Program-made: the position numbers and the translations under genes | Shown here: piece by piece, positions 13,956 to 26,556 of the stretch | How positions within the stretch are numbered: position 1 is the first letter of the stretch | Layout: every line of letters begins with the position of its first letter | The notes under the pieces: generated by a model | The model's database searches: none | What the model saw: only the letters and a program-made list of their open reading frames with translations | What the model was told of the DNA's origin: nothing | Source: Hyphochytrium catenoides | Taxonomy: Eukaryota; Protista; Hyphochytriomycota | Reading direction: 5' to 3' | DNA length: 33,664 nt | Assembly: GCA_900088475.1 (NCBI GenBank) | Contig: FLMG01001748.1 | Coordinates: forward strand, 1 to 33,664

Positions 13956-16900
13956 ATGGTTAATCCTCGTACAATGGAGCGAGGTGCTGCCCATCGGGCG
14001 CCGGGAGGCAACAAAGGGTCTCAGGCGAGCCGAATTTATCGCCTGATGGAGGCCTTAGTTCGCCGCCAGATGTCGTCCTGTCACGTCACCGACCAGCAGC
14101 TAGGAAACCTGATGAAGCTTTCATTGAGAATTATTGGGAGCCGTATACAGCCGAGCACTACGGATCCGGTAGGTATATCGATTCATCAGGTTAAGACCAA
14201 CAAGCAGCTCTTCAACTAACAGCCGTGGGAATCACCATTGCAGCTCGCTTTAGCAGAGAGGATCAAGAAGCGATTAGTGCGAGAGGGCCAAAAGGCCCAT
14301 CACGGTCATGACGAAGCGGGCATCTCTCTCGCCCTCTCGTTCCAAGAGCTTTTCGCTCGGTTGATGACTCAGAAAGTGGTCCTTAACAGAGGGTAAGCAT
14401 GCCCAGCGCTTTCCCTCTACTGAAACGCTGTAACCTCGTGAAGCTGCTCGTTTTGTCTCTTCTTATCTCTCTTCCTCTTTGCTCTCAAGGTCACCAGTCT
14501 GTACCTCCACCTCTCTGATCTGTGCAAGCATACTTCTGGAAGTCCCGAACCTTGCTGGTGGCATATCCTATCTCAAACGTTCTAACGTAATCCCCTTCGG
14601 CAATCTGGCTGGTCGTGGACTGCCCTATCTATCTCCCTGCTCCTCTTTGGCTCAGTTCCACCTGAAGCCATCCTCCTTTTATGTCGGAACGCGCATCTTT
14701 TTTCGCCTGGATGTACAAACCCAAGGCATACTTCCGGGCTGCTCTTCCTTTCCTTGACTATAGACTGATCCGACACATCAACCTCGTCTTCTGTACTTGC
14801 TTCTTGTTACCTAGGAATGTGCTTCAGTTGCTATACAATCTCTCGGTGTTCTCTCGCCATCTGGAAGCCCAAGTGGAGTTCGTAGGAACCTCCATCGCCT
14901 CCTTTCAGCTCCCTCTCAAGCAGAACCCGGAGGAGACAGAGAGAGAAGAAGGACAAGAGGCTGGAGCATCTGCTGCAGGACCTCCGGGTTCTGTCTCAAG
15001 AGATGCGGTTCAGGGTAAGACTCTTCCTTGTTTGGCCGGTAGAGCGTCGTGAGCTTGAAGCCACCACATTCTCGCTCCTTTGGTTGCAATGTCGCTCTTC
15101 CTTAAAAACGATCTTGTGCTGCTTCTCCCATAGCTTTGCGTTATTGATCTTTGTGGCACACTAAAATAACTGGGCTTTTTCTCCGCGGTGTCTCTGTCGT
15201 TAGGTTCGAATAAGCCTGCGTTTCGCAAGCCAGTGGCGTATGGGGCTACAGAGCAGATGCTCCTGACAGACATTCTCTATGCCTTCCAAGGAATAGATGG
15301 CAAATACGTGCGACTTAACCCCAAGCTGGGATACTACGAGGTCTCTTCTGAGGTCGAGGTCCCCGTAGGTCAGTCATCTCTAGTTCTTGCTATCCCCTTC
15401 TCTTCAAGCTGGCCAGTCAAGAGAGGGATCTGGTTAAGAAGGGTTAGCTACGGGAGGACGGAGAGGAGAATTCACTGCGAGCGAGCTCGTGGAGCTCTTT
15501 GAGTTGAGAAGGGAACTTAGCTGACGTCGAGAGACCGTAGAAAGTAGGGTTTTCTCGCCCTGGTGTAGCTCTATAGCACTCTTTCTCTTGCATCTTCGCA
15601 ATGTGTGTTCTCCTTAGTCTCTTGAGTTTATAAGCGCGGCCGTTCTTCCCTCTTGGAAGCCACCTTCTTACTCTCTCTGTGATTAAATATAGCTACCCGC
15701 CATCTAGTCAGTTCTCTGTGTGAGATGGGCTGGCTTTTTTCCAAGGTCTCCTCTTATATCAAAGCCGCAGTGGAGCATTCAAGCGGTGGACTAGTACGTT
15801 CCTTCTTCTCTCCTGTGGCTCCGCCCTAGGCCCTGTCCTTTCCCATCTGTCCGTCCATACGTTGCTCCGTTTCCTCTCCGCATATCGTCTCGTTTCCGAG
15901 AATCTCCTTTCCTGTGGTGTCCAATGGGTAGTCCCACTTAGCTCTTGCATGCGTCACTTATCCCGTCTCTCTCCTTCTAACGTGCCAGGTTGTCCAGAGC
16001 TTTGCTAATGCTCTTCAGTTCGAGTTGACGAACTACTACCGTCTGCTGGCTGTTTTAGAAGGGCAACTCATCAAGACAAACACAGGGGACAAGCAAGAAC
16101 TGGAAGCTGCTCTTTCTCCTCACGCACTTACTCTTCGGAGGCTGGTAGTGTGGACACAAGTAAGTTGAGAGTCCGAGAGAGAGAACTTTCAAGAGAGAGT
16201 ACACGCCTCCTTCCCAAGCCTGCTCTTCCTCTCGCTCTATACTAGACAAACAGCTGCTGTGCATCAAATGCTGAGATCTTGCCCCTGCCAAAGCTTCATA
16301 TCGCTCTATGACGCGAATCTTGCACAATTTTCTCTTCTGCCGTTATATTGCTGCATTCATCTAGCTAAGTCGTCGTTTCTCTCGTTCGACTCAATAACCA
16401 AGGATCCGATGGAGCGTTTGCGGCTGACGGCGGTGCTAGTTGAAAGTGTGGAAGGACTTCGAGGAGGAGCTTTGGCTTCCTGTCTATTCCTACACACTCA
16501 GCACGGAGATCCCTTCCGAAGCTCCTTCCTTCAAGCGCTGCTGAAAAAGCTTTGCGTGCCGATATTCACGATGATACAGCGCTGGGTGTTTGAAGGAGAG
16601 CTTGAAGATCCCCAGGTTGGTCTCTCCCCCACTCCCTCTCTTTCCCTCTCTCTCTCTCCTTTTCTCTCTCTCCCCGTGCTTTTCCTCTCCCCTTTTGACA
16701 TTGCCTAGACCTCCTCAACTGGCTCCTTTTTTGTGGCATCTGGGCTGGAACCCGGGCGCTTGCACTATAATTCTTCTCTTGCCTACTTTCTGAGCCTTCC
16801 TTCCTTATTGCGCTTCAAGCACCTCCTAACATTTTGCAGTAAGCCTTATCGCACAGTCAGCTACCCATAGTCCTCCCCTCAGCTGTCTATTAAGCAGCGA

Positions 16901-19900
16901 CTGACCCTATGTGCTAACATTCGTGCTATTTCAACCTCTTAGCGAGAATTCTTCGTCTCCGCTGACGCCAACGTGACGGATCTGGAGCACTTGTGGTTGC
17001 AGAAGTACAAGCTAAATCTTGACATGCTTCCCAAGTTTATTACCAGGTCCAGCCCTAACCGCATCCTCCTCTCAATGCTCACCGCGTCTTCGGCCTTCCA
17101 CTACTTCAGCCTCTGCTGTGGGTCTGAAGCCGAATTTTACCATCTGTGGCTTGGCATGTCCTTACCCACCTTTTTCCAGACTCTTACCCTTTACTCTCTT
17201 TGTCCCTTGGGACGCGGTGGGCTGTCCTCTTGATCAGAGCTTGTTCACCTATCTTCATAATCGCACTCATTTCGCTTGATTTATTAACGCTATCAGAGAA
17301 CTTGCGAACAAGATACTGCTCATAGGAAAGAGCATCAACTTCATGAGGCAATGCTGCAGCGAAGGAGAGGTACGCCTTTGCTCGGTCTCTCGGATCTAGT
17401 CACACACTGTTCATCGGATGTGACCCGCACCTTGACCTTCTTTTGCACTGAAGACCGTCCCTCTTTATGCGCTGGTGCTATCTCCCTTTTTCCTGTTTCC
17501 TACTGAGTCACACTAGCTAAGCGCCTACCTGTCTGTTCCTGCAGTGGGTGATGGAGTCAATAACCGCCGTGGCTCTCCAAGCGCAGCGCTTAGAGTTTGG
17601 CGACATATCCAAGTTGGATGCAATAGTGGCTGAGGCTGCGGCCATCACCAATCAGCGTCTCACAGAGATTCTCATCAAAAGATATAAGCTCATAGATCAT
17701 TGCCTGGCTCTCAAGCGCTACATTCTGTTAGGCCAGGTGCGTTTACTTGTTAACATAAAGGCGGCAACTGCTCTACCTCGCTTGCACTGCCTTGCCTTCT
17801 GTTTGGAATGCGTTCGTTCCCTCTTCTCGTTAGCTCTGTCACTCTTCTTTAAAGTGCGCTAATACGGTGTGTGTCATAGGGAGACTTCATCCAGTACCTT
17901 ATGGACCTGTTAGGCCCCGAGCTGTCTAAGCGGGCCACGCAGATCTATCGTCATAACCTGATGGGTGTGCTGGAGACAGCCATCAACTCTTCCAATGCGA
18001 AGTTCGAGGTACATCAAAGACCGTGCCTAGAGAGGAAGCCCTAAAGCTAGAAAAAGTCTCCTCGGCAGTCTCTCTCTCTCTCCCTCTCCCGATCTATTTG
18101 TCTGTGCCCGTATCTCCCTCCCCATTACCTTCCTACGATTCGTCTTAGGCTTACTATATGTTGATTGTCCGTGGGCATCTCTTTGGTACCCCATCTTTTC
18201 TCTGTGATGTTAAGCTCTTTCCCAGCGCACTTATGGTCCATCCAAGGAGAGACTAAGGTCTCACCTTCTCTCCACCTGCTATATGACAGTCTGCCGATAT
18301 TCTGGAGAGGATTGATGTCAAGCTTTATACGCCGTCCCCTGGGGACGAAGGATGGGATGTCTTTGCTCTGCACTATCGTGTGAGCTCTCCCCTAAACACT
18401 ATCATAGGTACGCTTGCCACCAGGGCTGTGCCCCTCCAGGGTGGGCGCCTCTCTTTAATGCAAAGGCTGAAGATGTATCCCCTACAATCTCTGAGTCTTT
18501 CACTGTCTCAACCGTAACCCTAGCCGTAGGCGCTCAATCTCTTGTCTTGCGTCGCCTTTTTCCCATCCATCTCGTACTTTGTTTCCTTCTTTTGGACCCC
18601 TTTGACTGCTCTTCTCGGTGCTGCGCATACTGATCTCTTCACTCTACGGTGGCTATTAATGTTTGAAGGTGATCAGGCGATGAAGGACTATCTGCAAATC
18701 TTCAACTTTCTTTGGCGCTTGAAGAGAGTAGAATACTCTCTCTCTCTGTGCTGGAGGAGAGATATGACGCTTGTCAAGATTGTCCGTGTACGTCTTATTA
18801 GCAAGTTTGTCTCCGGACTGTTCTTTGGCCCCTACCTACCCCCTTACGCCTTTTTTCGATGTTCTTGCTTGCTTATTGCTTTGCTAACAACGAATGCTCT
18901 CTTTCTCTCTCTCTCGTTCCGTCCCTTGCACCCACGCACCCGCCCTTGCGCTTCCGTGATGCAGGAGCTTCCGGAGCTCCGTCAAACCCTTCGTCAGTGC
19001 TACTCCCTCCGTAGCGAAATGATCCACTTCACGTCGAACCTCCATAACTATGTCATGTTCGAGGTTCTTGAAACCTCGTGGACCAAGCTGGTAGGAGAGA
19101 TAAAAGGGGCTCAGGACCTCGACCAGCTCATTGTCAGCCATCAAAAGTACCTCAGTCACGTGAAGGAGAAGGTAGGCGCCGAGAAGGCCGCAAATGAGAG
19201 AGACAGCGGGCTTTGGTGGAAGGGAAGTCGAAGATAATGGGGAGGATGAGGAAGAAGGGTTATAAAGCAAGACGAGTAGGAGTGACTCTAACAGACAAAT
19301 CTCCTTAGTTGGGAACTCCTATTCTCTTTCTTTTCCTCTCTGTGTGAATATGTCTGTTCAGTGTTTATTTTCTTTCTATATATCTCTACGTCCTCTTCCC
19401 ATTACTGCTAAATTTCTTCTTTACCTCTCACCCTCCCTTTTCTTCGATTTCATGTCTTCCACTCTCTCTCTCTCACTCGCTCTATCTCTCTCTGTGTCTC
19501 TCTCTTTTGTAACACAATCCGTGGCGCCATCGTCCATTTTCACTGATTTTGGCCTAATATCTGCTCTGTTTCCCCCTACAGTCGTTCATGCTGGAGGACA
19601 GCAAAGACGTCTTTTCTCAGCTGCGGCAGATCTTCGACTCCATCATTCGGTTCTGCAAGGTCCACGAGCTACTTTACTCGGCGGCGATGAAAGAAGTCCA
19701 CCGCAGGAAGCGCAGCGCACAAGAGATAGAAGAAAGGACCCAAAAGGCAAAAGGGCTACTCTCTCTGTCTCTCTTAGTATTCACTGTCTTTTGAATTTGT
19801 CTTACGGACCACCGTTTCTACGTATTGTTACCTTAGCCATCGCTCTCTCCTCTGCCTTCTGGGTCTCTCTTCGTCCAGGGCTAACTCGGTATGTTCTCTC

Positions 19901-20326
19901 TCCACTCCTGTGGCTTGTCACTTTTTTGACAGGGCCAGTGGGGCATTCTCAATGAGCTAGTGCAGGATCCTGACCCAGCCTTTATTGGCGGCGTAGGAAA
20001 GCATGTTAGTATGCTTTGATGCTCTCGGAATGGACTCTAGATTGGAAAGGAGGAAGTCGTAGGGAGAGGTAGAAGAGACAGAGATATTGAGTAAGAGAGA
20101 GAAAGTGAAAAAGAGAGAAAGAGAGCAGGTAGATAGAGAAAGAGCCACCAATTATACGTCTAACGTGTTCATGATGTGCAGGTGTTGCTTCAGTGCAGTG
20201 ACATAGCGGAAACCTATAAGAGTCAATTCGAGCAGCTGCTGCAGATCCTGAAGAAACGTGCTTCAAGGTGAGCGGCTGGCTTTTGTCTCCATCTCAACCT
20301 AGAGTGAATGTGCCCCACACTTTCTC

Positions 20327-20383
<57 letters not shown>

Positions 20384-20771
20384 GTCTCTCTCTCCCCTCG
20401 AGTCCTCCTCATCCTCCTAGCGGTTAGCTTCTCGGACGCCTCTTCCCATAGAAAGTAGCAGCACTTTTCCGTCGGTCATACTTCTGACTCTTCTCTTGCA
20501 CTGACGTTCCTCTCTTCTTCTCCATCCACATACTACCCTCGGCTCTCTCTCCCTGTTACTGTCCTCCTTCTCTCCGCCATTCTCTTCCACTCTCTCTCGT
20601 CCCTCGAGCAGCTCGGAGAATCTTCGTTTCCTTATCTTCCGCATGGACTTCAATGAGCACTACGAGCAGCTGAGGAGACAGAGAGAGGAGAAACAGCAGC
20701 AGGACAGTGGACTGCCAGATCATTCCTCTTCTTCTTCCTCTTCCGCTTTACCTCCGACCGCATCCTCCTGA
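13956..20771 (+). CDS. TUBGCP3: Gamma-tubulin complex component 3 (GCP3/Spc98; ~878 aa). Exons 13956-14168, 14244-14392, 14815-15014, 15204-15368, 15693-15793, 15989-16159, 16403-16615, 16943-17046, 17297-17369, 17545-17736, 17880-18008, 18290-18407, 18669-18787, 18965-19171, 19582-19746, 19933-20004, 20182-20267, 20612-20771
   Basis: GCP3-type motifs: [23 protein letters not shown]|[34 protein letters not shown]|[22 protein letters not shown]|[25 protein letters not shown]|[58 protein letters not shown] and [14 protein letters not shown]. All 17 introns are phase-consistent (one is GC-AG). Confidence 0.96.
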
Positions 20772-21151
20772 ACTTGGGGAAACTGTGGTCACATCCTCCA
20801 CACACCTCTCCTCTCTTTTTATTGCTCTTCCTGTTTGGCGCTTGGCTTCCGCGGCAGTGGATCTGAAAGACATCTTACAGCCCTCTTCATCTCACTCTCT
20901 CTTTTCTCTGTCCGCACGGTCTCCGTCTCTCTCTCTCTCTTCACTAGAGGTCATTCAGTCGCCTTCTGGCTCTTCTGGCCCCTAAGTTCTCCCCCTGCGA
21001 TAACAAAATGGAGAGAAAAGGAGAGAGAGAAACAGAAGGCAACCATAAAAGAGAGAGAGAAACAGTGGGAAGGGGAGAAATAAAGGGAAGGAGAGGGACA
21101 CAGAGACGGAGGGAGGTTTATATCATATTATCTTTAACTATACCTCTCTCC

Positions 21152-23450
21152 CTAATGAGTCTCAGCTCCCACAGTTTGGTCCTTTTTCTTCGTGTTTGCC
21201 CTGAGAAGAAGGAGATAGTTCTCTCTCTGCCTCAGCTTCGCTAAGATTCTCTTGTTCTCTTGATAGACCTTGATCTCCTCTCGCAGCTGTCCTCTCGCTT
21301 TCAAGTCTCTCTCATACGCCGCCAAACGATTTCCTCTCGCTTCTACGGTTCTCTTCTTTCTCTCTCTCTCCTTTTCCTCTCTCTCCCCAATTATCGGTGA
21401 CTGTGGGTCCAAGTAGGAAATACTATGAGAAGTGACGTATCTCTCTTTGTCTGAGAGAAAGGCAGGTGAACGGCGATACTCCAGCTCTCTCTCCTTTCCT
21501 GAAGAGAGAGAGAACGCACCGAGACTAGAAGCAACGTTGTCTCCTTTCTCTTGTCTTTCTCTCTCACTTCTACTCTCTCTAACAGGAGAAGAAGTTGGAC
21601 GGAGAGGAGGGAGAGCTCTGTACTTGTCCACTTTGAGATAATGAAAGAGTTCTTCGACGTTGGCCGCCTCTTTCTGGTCAACGAGCTCCGCACTCTCTCT
21701 CTCTCTCTTCTCCGTCTCTTCTCTCTCTTGAACCGTCTGCACAGCAGCAGATGTCCTCTCTAGCTGTTCCTTTATCAGACCTGCCATAGACCTCACCTCA
21801 TCCTTCTTCGGTTTAGCCCTTTCGCCCACTTTCTCCCGTTCATTTTTCCCAGGTGAAGAGAGAGAGAGAGAGGGCACTCCTTCTCCTATTTCACTTTCCT
21901 CAGTGTCTTTCCTAGGATCCTGGCAAGAAGAGAGCTTCTTCTCGTACTCTTCCACATCTTTTTGCCGGGAATCTTCAAAGCTCCGTTTCAGATCTTTTTC
22001 TGGCATATGAACTTCAAGAAAGCTTAAGAATTCCTTGAGAGAGACGATGCCATCGCCATTTGTGTCAGCTTTCTGCGCCAATAACCAAGCGGCAGACGGA
22101 GAAACGTTGAGATCAAAGCCCTTGGGACCGAGAGACGAGGCAAGGCCTTCACAGGTGACATAGCCATTGCCGTCAGCGTCTAGAGAGCGGAAGGCATAGG
22201 TGAGAAGCTTGCCAAAGTTCTTTCCTCCTCCTTTTTCCGCTCCTCCGCCGCCAAGCTTGAGCTGAATGTATGAGATCAGAGCTTCTTTTGTCTGATTGAG
22301 TGTGCTCTCCGTCCGAGGAGACAGGATAAAGTCATCCTCCTGCTTCTCATCTTCATCTTCTGCACCTTTCTCCCTTGTGCTGTCCCTTTGATTTGGCGAG
22401 GGAAAAGGAGATTTTGGCTCTCTTTCCTCCTCTTTCTCCTCTATGTTTGTCATAAGGTTTGACAGGCGCTTCCTTCGATGTTGCTTGGCCTTGGAGTCGG
22501 AGAGAGCTTCAAGGTACGCAGGAGAGCAGAGATTTTGCAACTCGAAGAAGGTGAGACCATGTTCTTCTTCTGCATGAATGTCTATTGTTCCGAGGCGGGA
22601 TCTCTTTCCTTCCTCATGCCTGCTTTCGCCCGACGCTTCTCGCCTTTTCTCTTCCTTCCTCTCTATAATCATTTGATCAAAGAGAAGCTTCAAGTCCAGG
22701 TCTCTGGTTGGACAGCCAAACTTCTTGGCAGCGTGCAAGAGAGACGACAGACTTACTCTTCCTCGATGACCTTCATCCAGTTTCCTAAAGAGATCCTTGC
22801 TGGTAGGGTACTTGTTGGCTAGCGCCGTAGCGAGCTCTCTTTGAGCCTATTCACATAGAGTTACTGTATCTGAGAATCTCCATTTGCAGATCTTATTAAA
22901 AGTGGTCGAAGATTTACTGCAGATTTTCTACTCTTACCTTTTGCATTCTCATATATTTGGCTTCCCAAGGCATTGTCAGCGGGTCTTCGTTCTCTCCATT
23001 GATCTTCTCATCAAAATTGAAGATCTCCATCGCTTCCTTGGGAAGATTTGACGTTGAAAGAGAGAACGAAGACGAAAGAGAAGAGGAGGAGAAGAGAGGA
23101 AGATGAGCTGGAGACGCAGGTCTCTCTTCATTTTCTCCTTTGCTTGTCGGGAGCGCTTTCTCTCTTTCCTTATCTTCTTCTTGGTCCTCTTCTCCTTCTT
23201 CCATTTCTGCTCCTATTGCTGTGAAGCTATTCTCTATCTCTCTTCTCCTCTGCGGGAGAAGAGGCGTTCCCACCCGCTTCACTCTCTCCTTCCTATAGTC
23301 TGCTGTCTTGGGCCTTCTCAGGGGAAGAGGAGGAGAGAGAGACTCCTTCGCAGTGTCTCCTTCTTTCTCTCTCTTTCCCTGGGAGAGACTTTTCACGGAG
23401 ACATTTGTCTTCCCCGTGATGGTTCTCTTCTTGCTTTTCTTTCCCTGCAT
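21152..23450 (-). CDS. EF-hand Ca2+-binding domain protein with long charged/low-complexity linkers (~735 aa). Exons 23450-22938, 22846-21152. True start may lie further upstream
   Basis: The 178-aa and 528-aa ORFs are joined by a phase-0 GT-AG intron (22937-22847). EF-hand loops are DADGNGYVTCEG (22180-22145) and canonical DTNGDGIVSLKE (22066-22031), plus a degenerate loop DEGHRGRVSLSS. The C-terminus is coiled-coil-like. Confidence 0.75.
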
Positions 23451-24048
23451 CTTCTCTCTACTGGGGCCTTCTCTTCTTACTCCATAATGCCAAGTCCCAG
23501 CAGAATGAAACGAGAGCGGAAGAAAGAGAGAGAAAGAGAAAGCGGGGAGAGAGATGACAAAGAGATTCTCTGCTCGCTCTTGGTTTATATAACCGAAGAT
23601 CTTCTTGATACGAGGCGCGGGCCGTGCTGGTGGTGCAGTTTGAGGTGCCGGGATCTTCTCCTTTTGTCCTTTCTCCTTCTTCCCTCGGCACGTTCTCTCT
23701 CTCTCTCTCTCGTCTCTCTCTCTCCCTCACTCTCTCTCTCACTCAATCTTTTCTGTTGGTCTCTCTGAGGCCCGCCGCCGTCTTTCTATCTGCAGCTGAG
23801 CATATTAAAGGAGAATAGACCGCTGCCATTAGAAGCAAGAGGGACAGGAGGACGGGAAAAGGAGAGGCAGCACGGACGGCCCGCCCTGTGCAACTACCTC
23901 TTCCTTCTATCAATTCTCTCTCTCTCTTTCTCTCTCTCTGTCCCTACTGCTGTCTTTCTTTCTCTCAGATTGTTGTTGATCCATGCCACCCGTCACGTAA
24001 GGCTTTACATCCCATCACATGAACTCATTCCCTCTCACTCCCGTCTCT

Positions 24049-24135
<87 letters not shown>

Positions 24136-24359
24136 CTCCCCTCCACCCTAATAAGGCAGCAAGAAAGAGTGCTGTTGCCGCTTCCCCTTGCATTCTCACC
24201 CAAATCTTTACTACGTTCTTAATACCATAACATACTCCGCTCTAGGCCTAAAGTAACTGCGGAAGGACTGTATCCTCCTGATAGTATTCCGCCTGCGAAT
24301 TTGTAGTTTGATGGGCAGTAACGGCCCAGGTGAAACGCTTTGGGTCTTCTTCTATTAGG

Positions 24360-24404
<45 letters not shown>

Positions 24405-25225
24405 ACACACAGAGAAAGAGAGAGAGACACACAGAGAAAGAGAGAGAGACAGAGACCAGGGACAGAGAGAGACGAGAGAGAGACGGAGAGAGAGAGGGAG
24501 GGGGGGAGAGAGAGAGGAAAGTGAGAAAGAGAGAGAGAACAGGAAGAGGAGAGAGAGAGAGAGAGAGAGTGAGAGAGAGAGAGAGTGAGAGAGAGAGAGA
24601 GGGAGAGATCAAAGCCAGAAAGAGGGACTTTAGAAAACAGGCAGAAGAACGGTGCAGTGGAGGAAGAACGAGACAGAGGATCAGAGTAGTGGAGGAGGCA
24701 GGGGGCAGATCGAGAGAGAAGAGGAACAGAAAACAGAGGGCAGAGACGGAGAGAGAACGAGGGAGAGAGAAGAGACGCAAATCCGAAACAAGATGATCGA
24801 GATGGATCGGAGGAGAGAGAGAATGAGGCAGAGGAGCGAGAGAGAAGAAGAGACAAAAGAAGAGAGAGAGAGAGTGAAAGGGGCAAAGATCATAAAGACA
24901 GAGGCAAAGAGATAGATAAACTAAGCGTGAGGAAAGAGAAGGTGCCCAGCATGCGTGACCATGGGAGTTGGAGGTGACGAAGAGGAGAGAAAGGGAAACG
25001 ATCAGGAGAGGAGTTAGTCAGAGACATAGAGAGACAGAGAGAGAGAGAGGCAGATAGAAAGAGGAGAAAGGATAGATAACCAATGGAAGGAACTGGCCCC
25101 AAGAAGAAGAAGAGGCGTCAGAACTCAGAAAGGAGAATGAGGGAGAGAGAACCAGACAGAAGAAGGGGAAAAAGGGATTGAATGTTCATCTGCCAGTGAG
25201 GCTCAACTGGCGTAAGCGGAAAAAA

Positions 25226-25288
<63 letters not shown>

Positions 25289-26108
25289 CAGAGACAGAGA
25301 CAGAGAGAAGAGAGAGAGGGAAGAGAGAGAACGAGAGACATGGGATAAGAAGCCCGCAGAAAGAAGATGGCAGGTTTTCGGAAGAGACTAAGCGGCAAGT
25401 CTCTTCTTCTTCTTCTTTGCGCGGTGCGATCATTAGTAGAAGGGTCTCTTTAACCAGTCTCTCTTTTTCTCTCTCTGTCTCATTCCTTTCTTCTCTCTCT
25501 CTCTCTTTTATCTCTCTCCCCTTTGGCCCCCTCTCCATCTTCCTACTTGGTGACACTGTGAACAGGTGGGAGGAGGTCAGAGTGGCTGAGAATTCCTCTC
25601 TTTCTCTATTTTCTTTCTTTCTCCCTCTACGGCTATGGAGGCGAATCTCGCCGTCCGCTGGTTATAAAGAGAGAGAGAGAAAGAAAGAGGAGAGAAGAGA
25701 GAGAGAGTGAGAGAGTATAGAGGAGTGGGAGAGTGGGAGAGTCATTAGGCTAAGTTTGGAAAAGAGAGTGTCGAGTGAGGGAGAACGAGACGAAGAGAGA
25801 GGCTGGTCCGGGCTGCCTCCCTCTTCTCTAATTGTTTCGTTTTCTCTCTCTCTCTCCCCTGCCTTGTGCTAAGGAGAGGGAGCCTACCAACACGACGAGG
25901 GCGGGAAGTGAAGTTCAGGATCAGAGTAGCCTTCCTTTCCCAAGCTTTATTGTTAGTTATAAACACCATAGCCTTTACACTTACTCTCTCGTCTTCTCTC
26001 TCTCTCTCTCTCTCTCTCTCTTCACCCTCGCATCGTCTGTTTTCAAAGAGTAACCTAAGCCTTAATAATATCTTGAGAGAGGCCATATCCCATACATATA
26101 CAGTCACA

Positions 26109-26143
<35 letters not shown>

Positions 26144-26176
26144 NNNNNNNNNNNNNNNNNNNNNNNNNNNNNNNNN
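26144..26176. other. Assembly gap (N run) truncating the MAD1 3' end
   Basis: The MAD1 frame runs into the Ns after ...RIFGYLNA. Confidence 1.
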
Positions 26177-26515
26177 GGCATTAAGATAGCCAAAGATCCG
26201 CGGGTCAATGCGCCGGGCAAACTCACTTTCCATGAGCTCCAGCCCTGCCGCGCCGCTGCCTCTCTCTTCTCCTCCCCAACGGAAGAGAAGAAAGTCATCC
26301 TCTCTCTCCGCGTACATGGAACGGAGACGCAGCTGCGGGTTGACAACTTCAGTCATTTCTACCTTGAAGCCCGTCAGGAGATAAACTGCCTCGCGGAAGG
26401 CGCGAATCTTCTCTTTGAACACTTCTTTTAGCCGCTGATACTTTCGCGCATCGTCTCCTTCCGCAGCTGGGGATTCATGAGAGAGAGAGAGAGAGGTACA
26501 TGAGTTGACGGTGGT

Positions 26516-26556
<41 letters not shown>

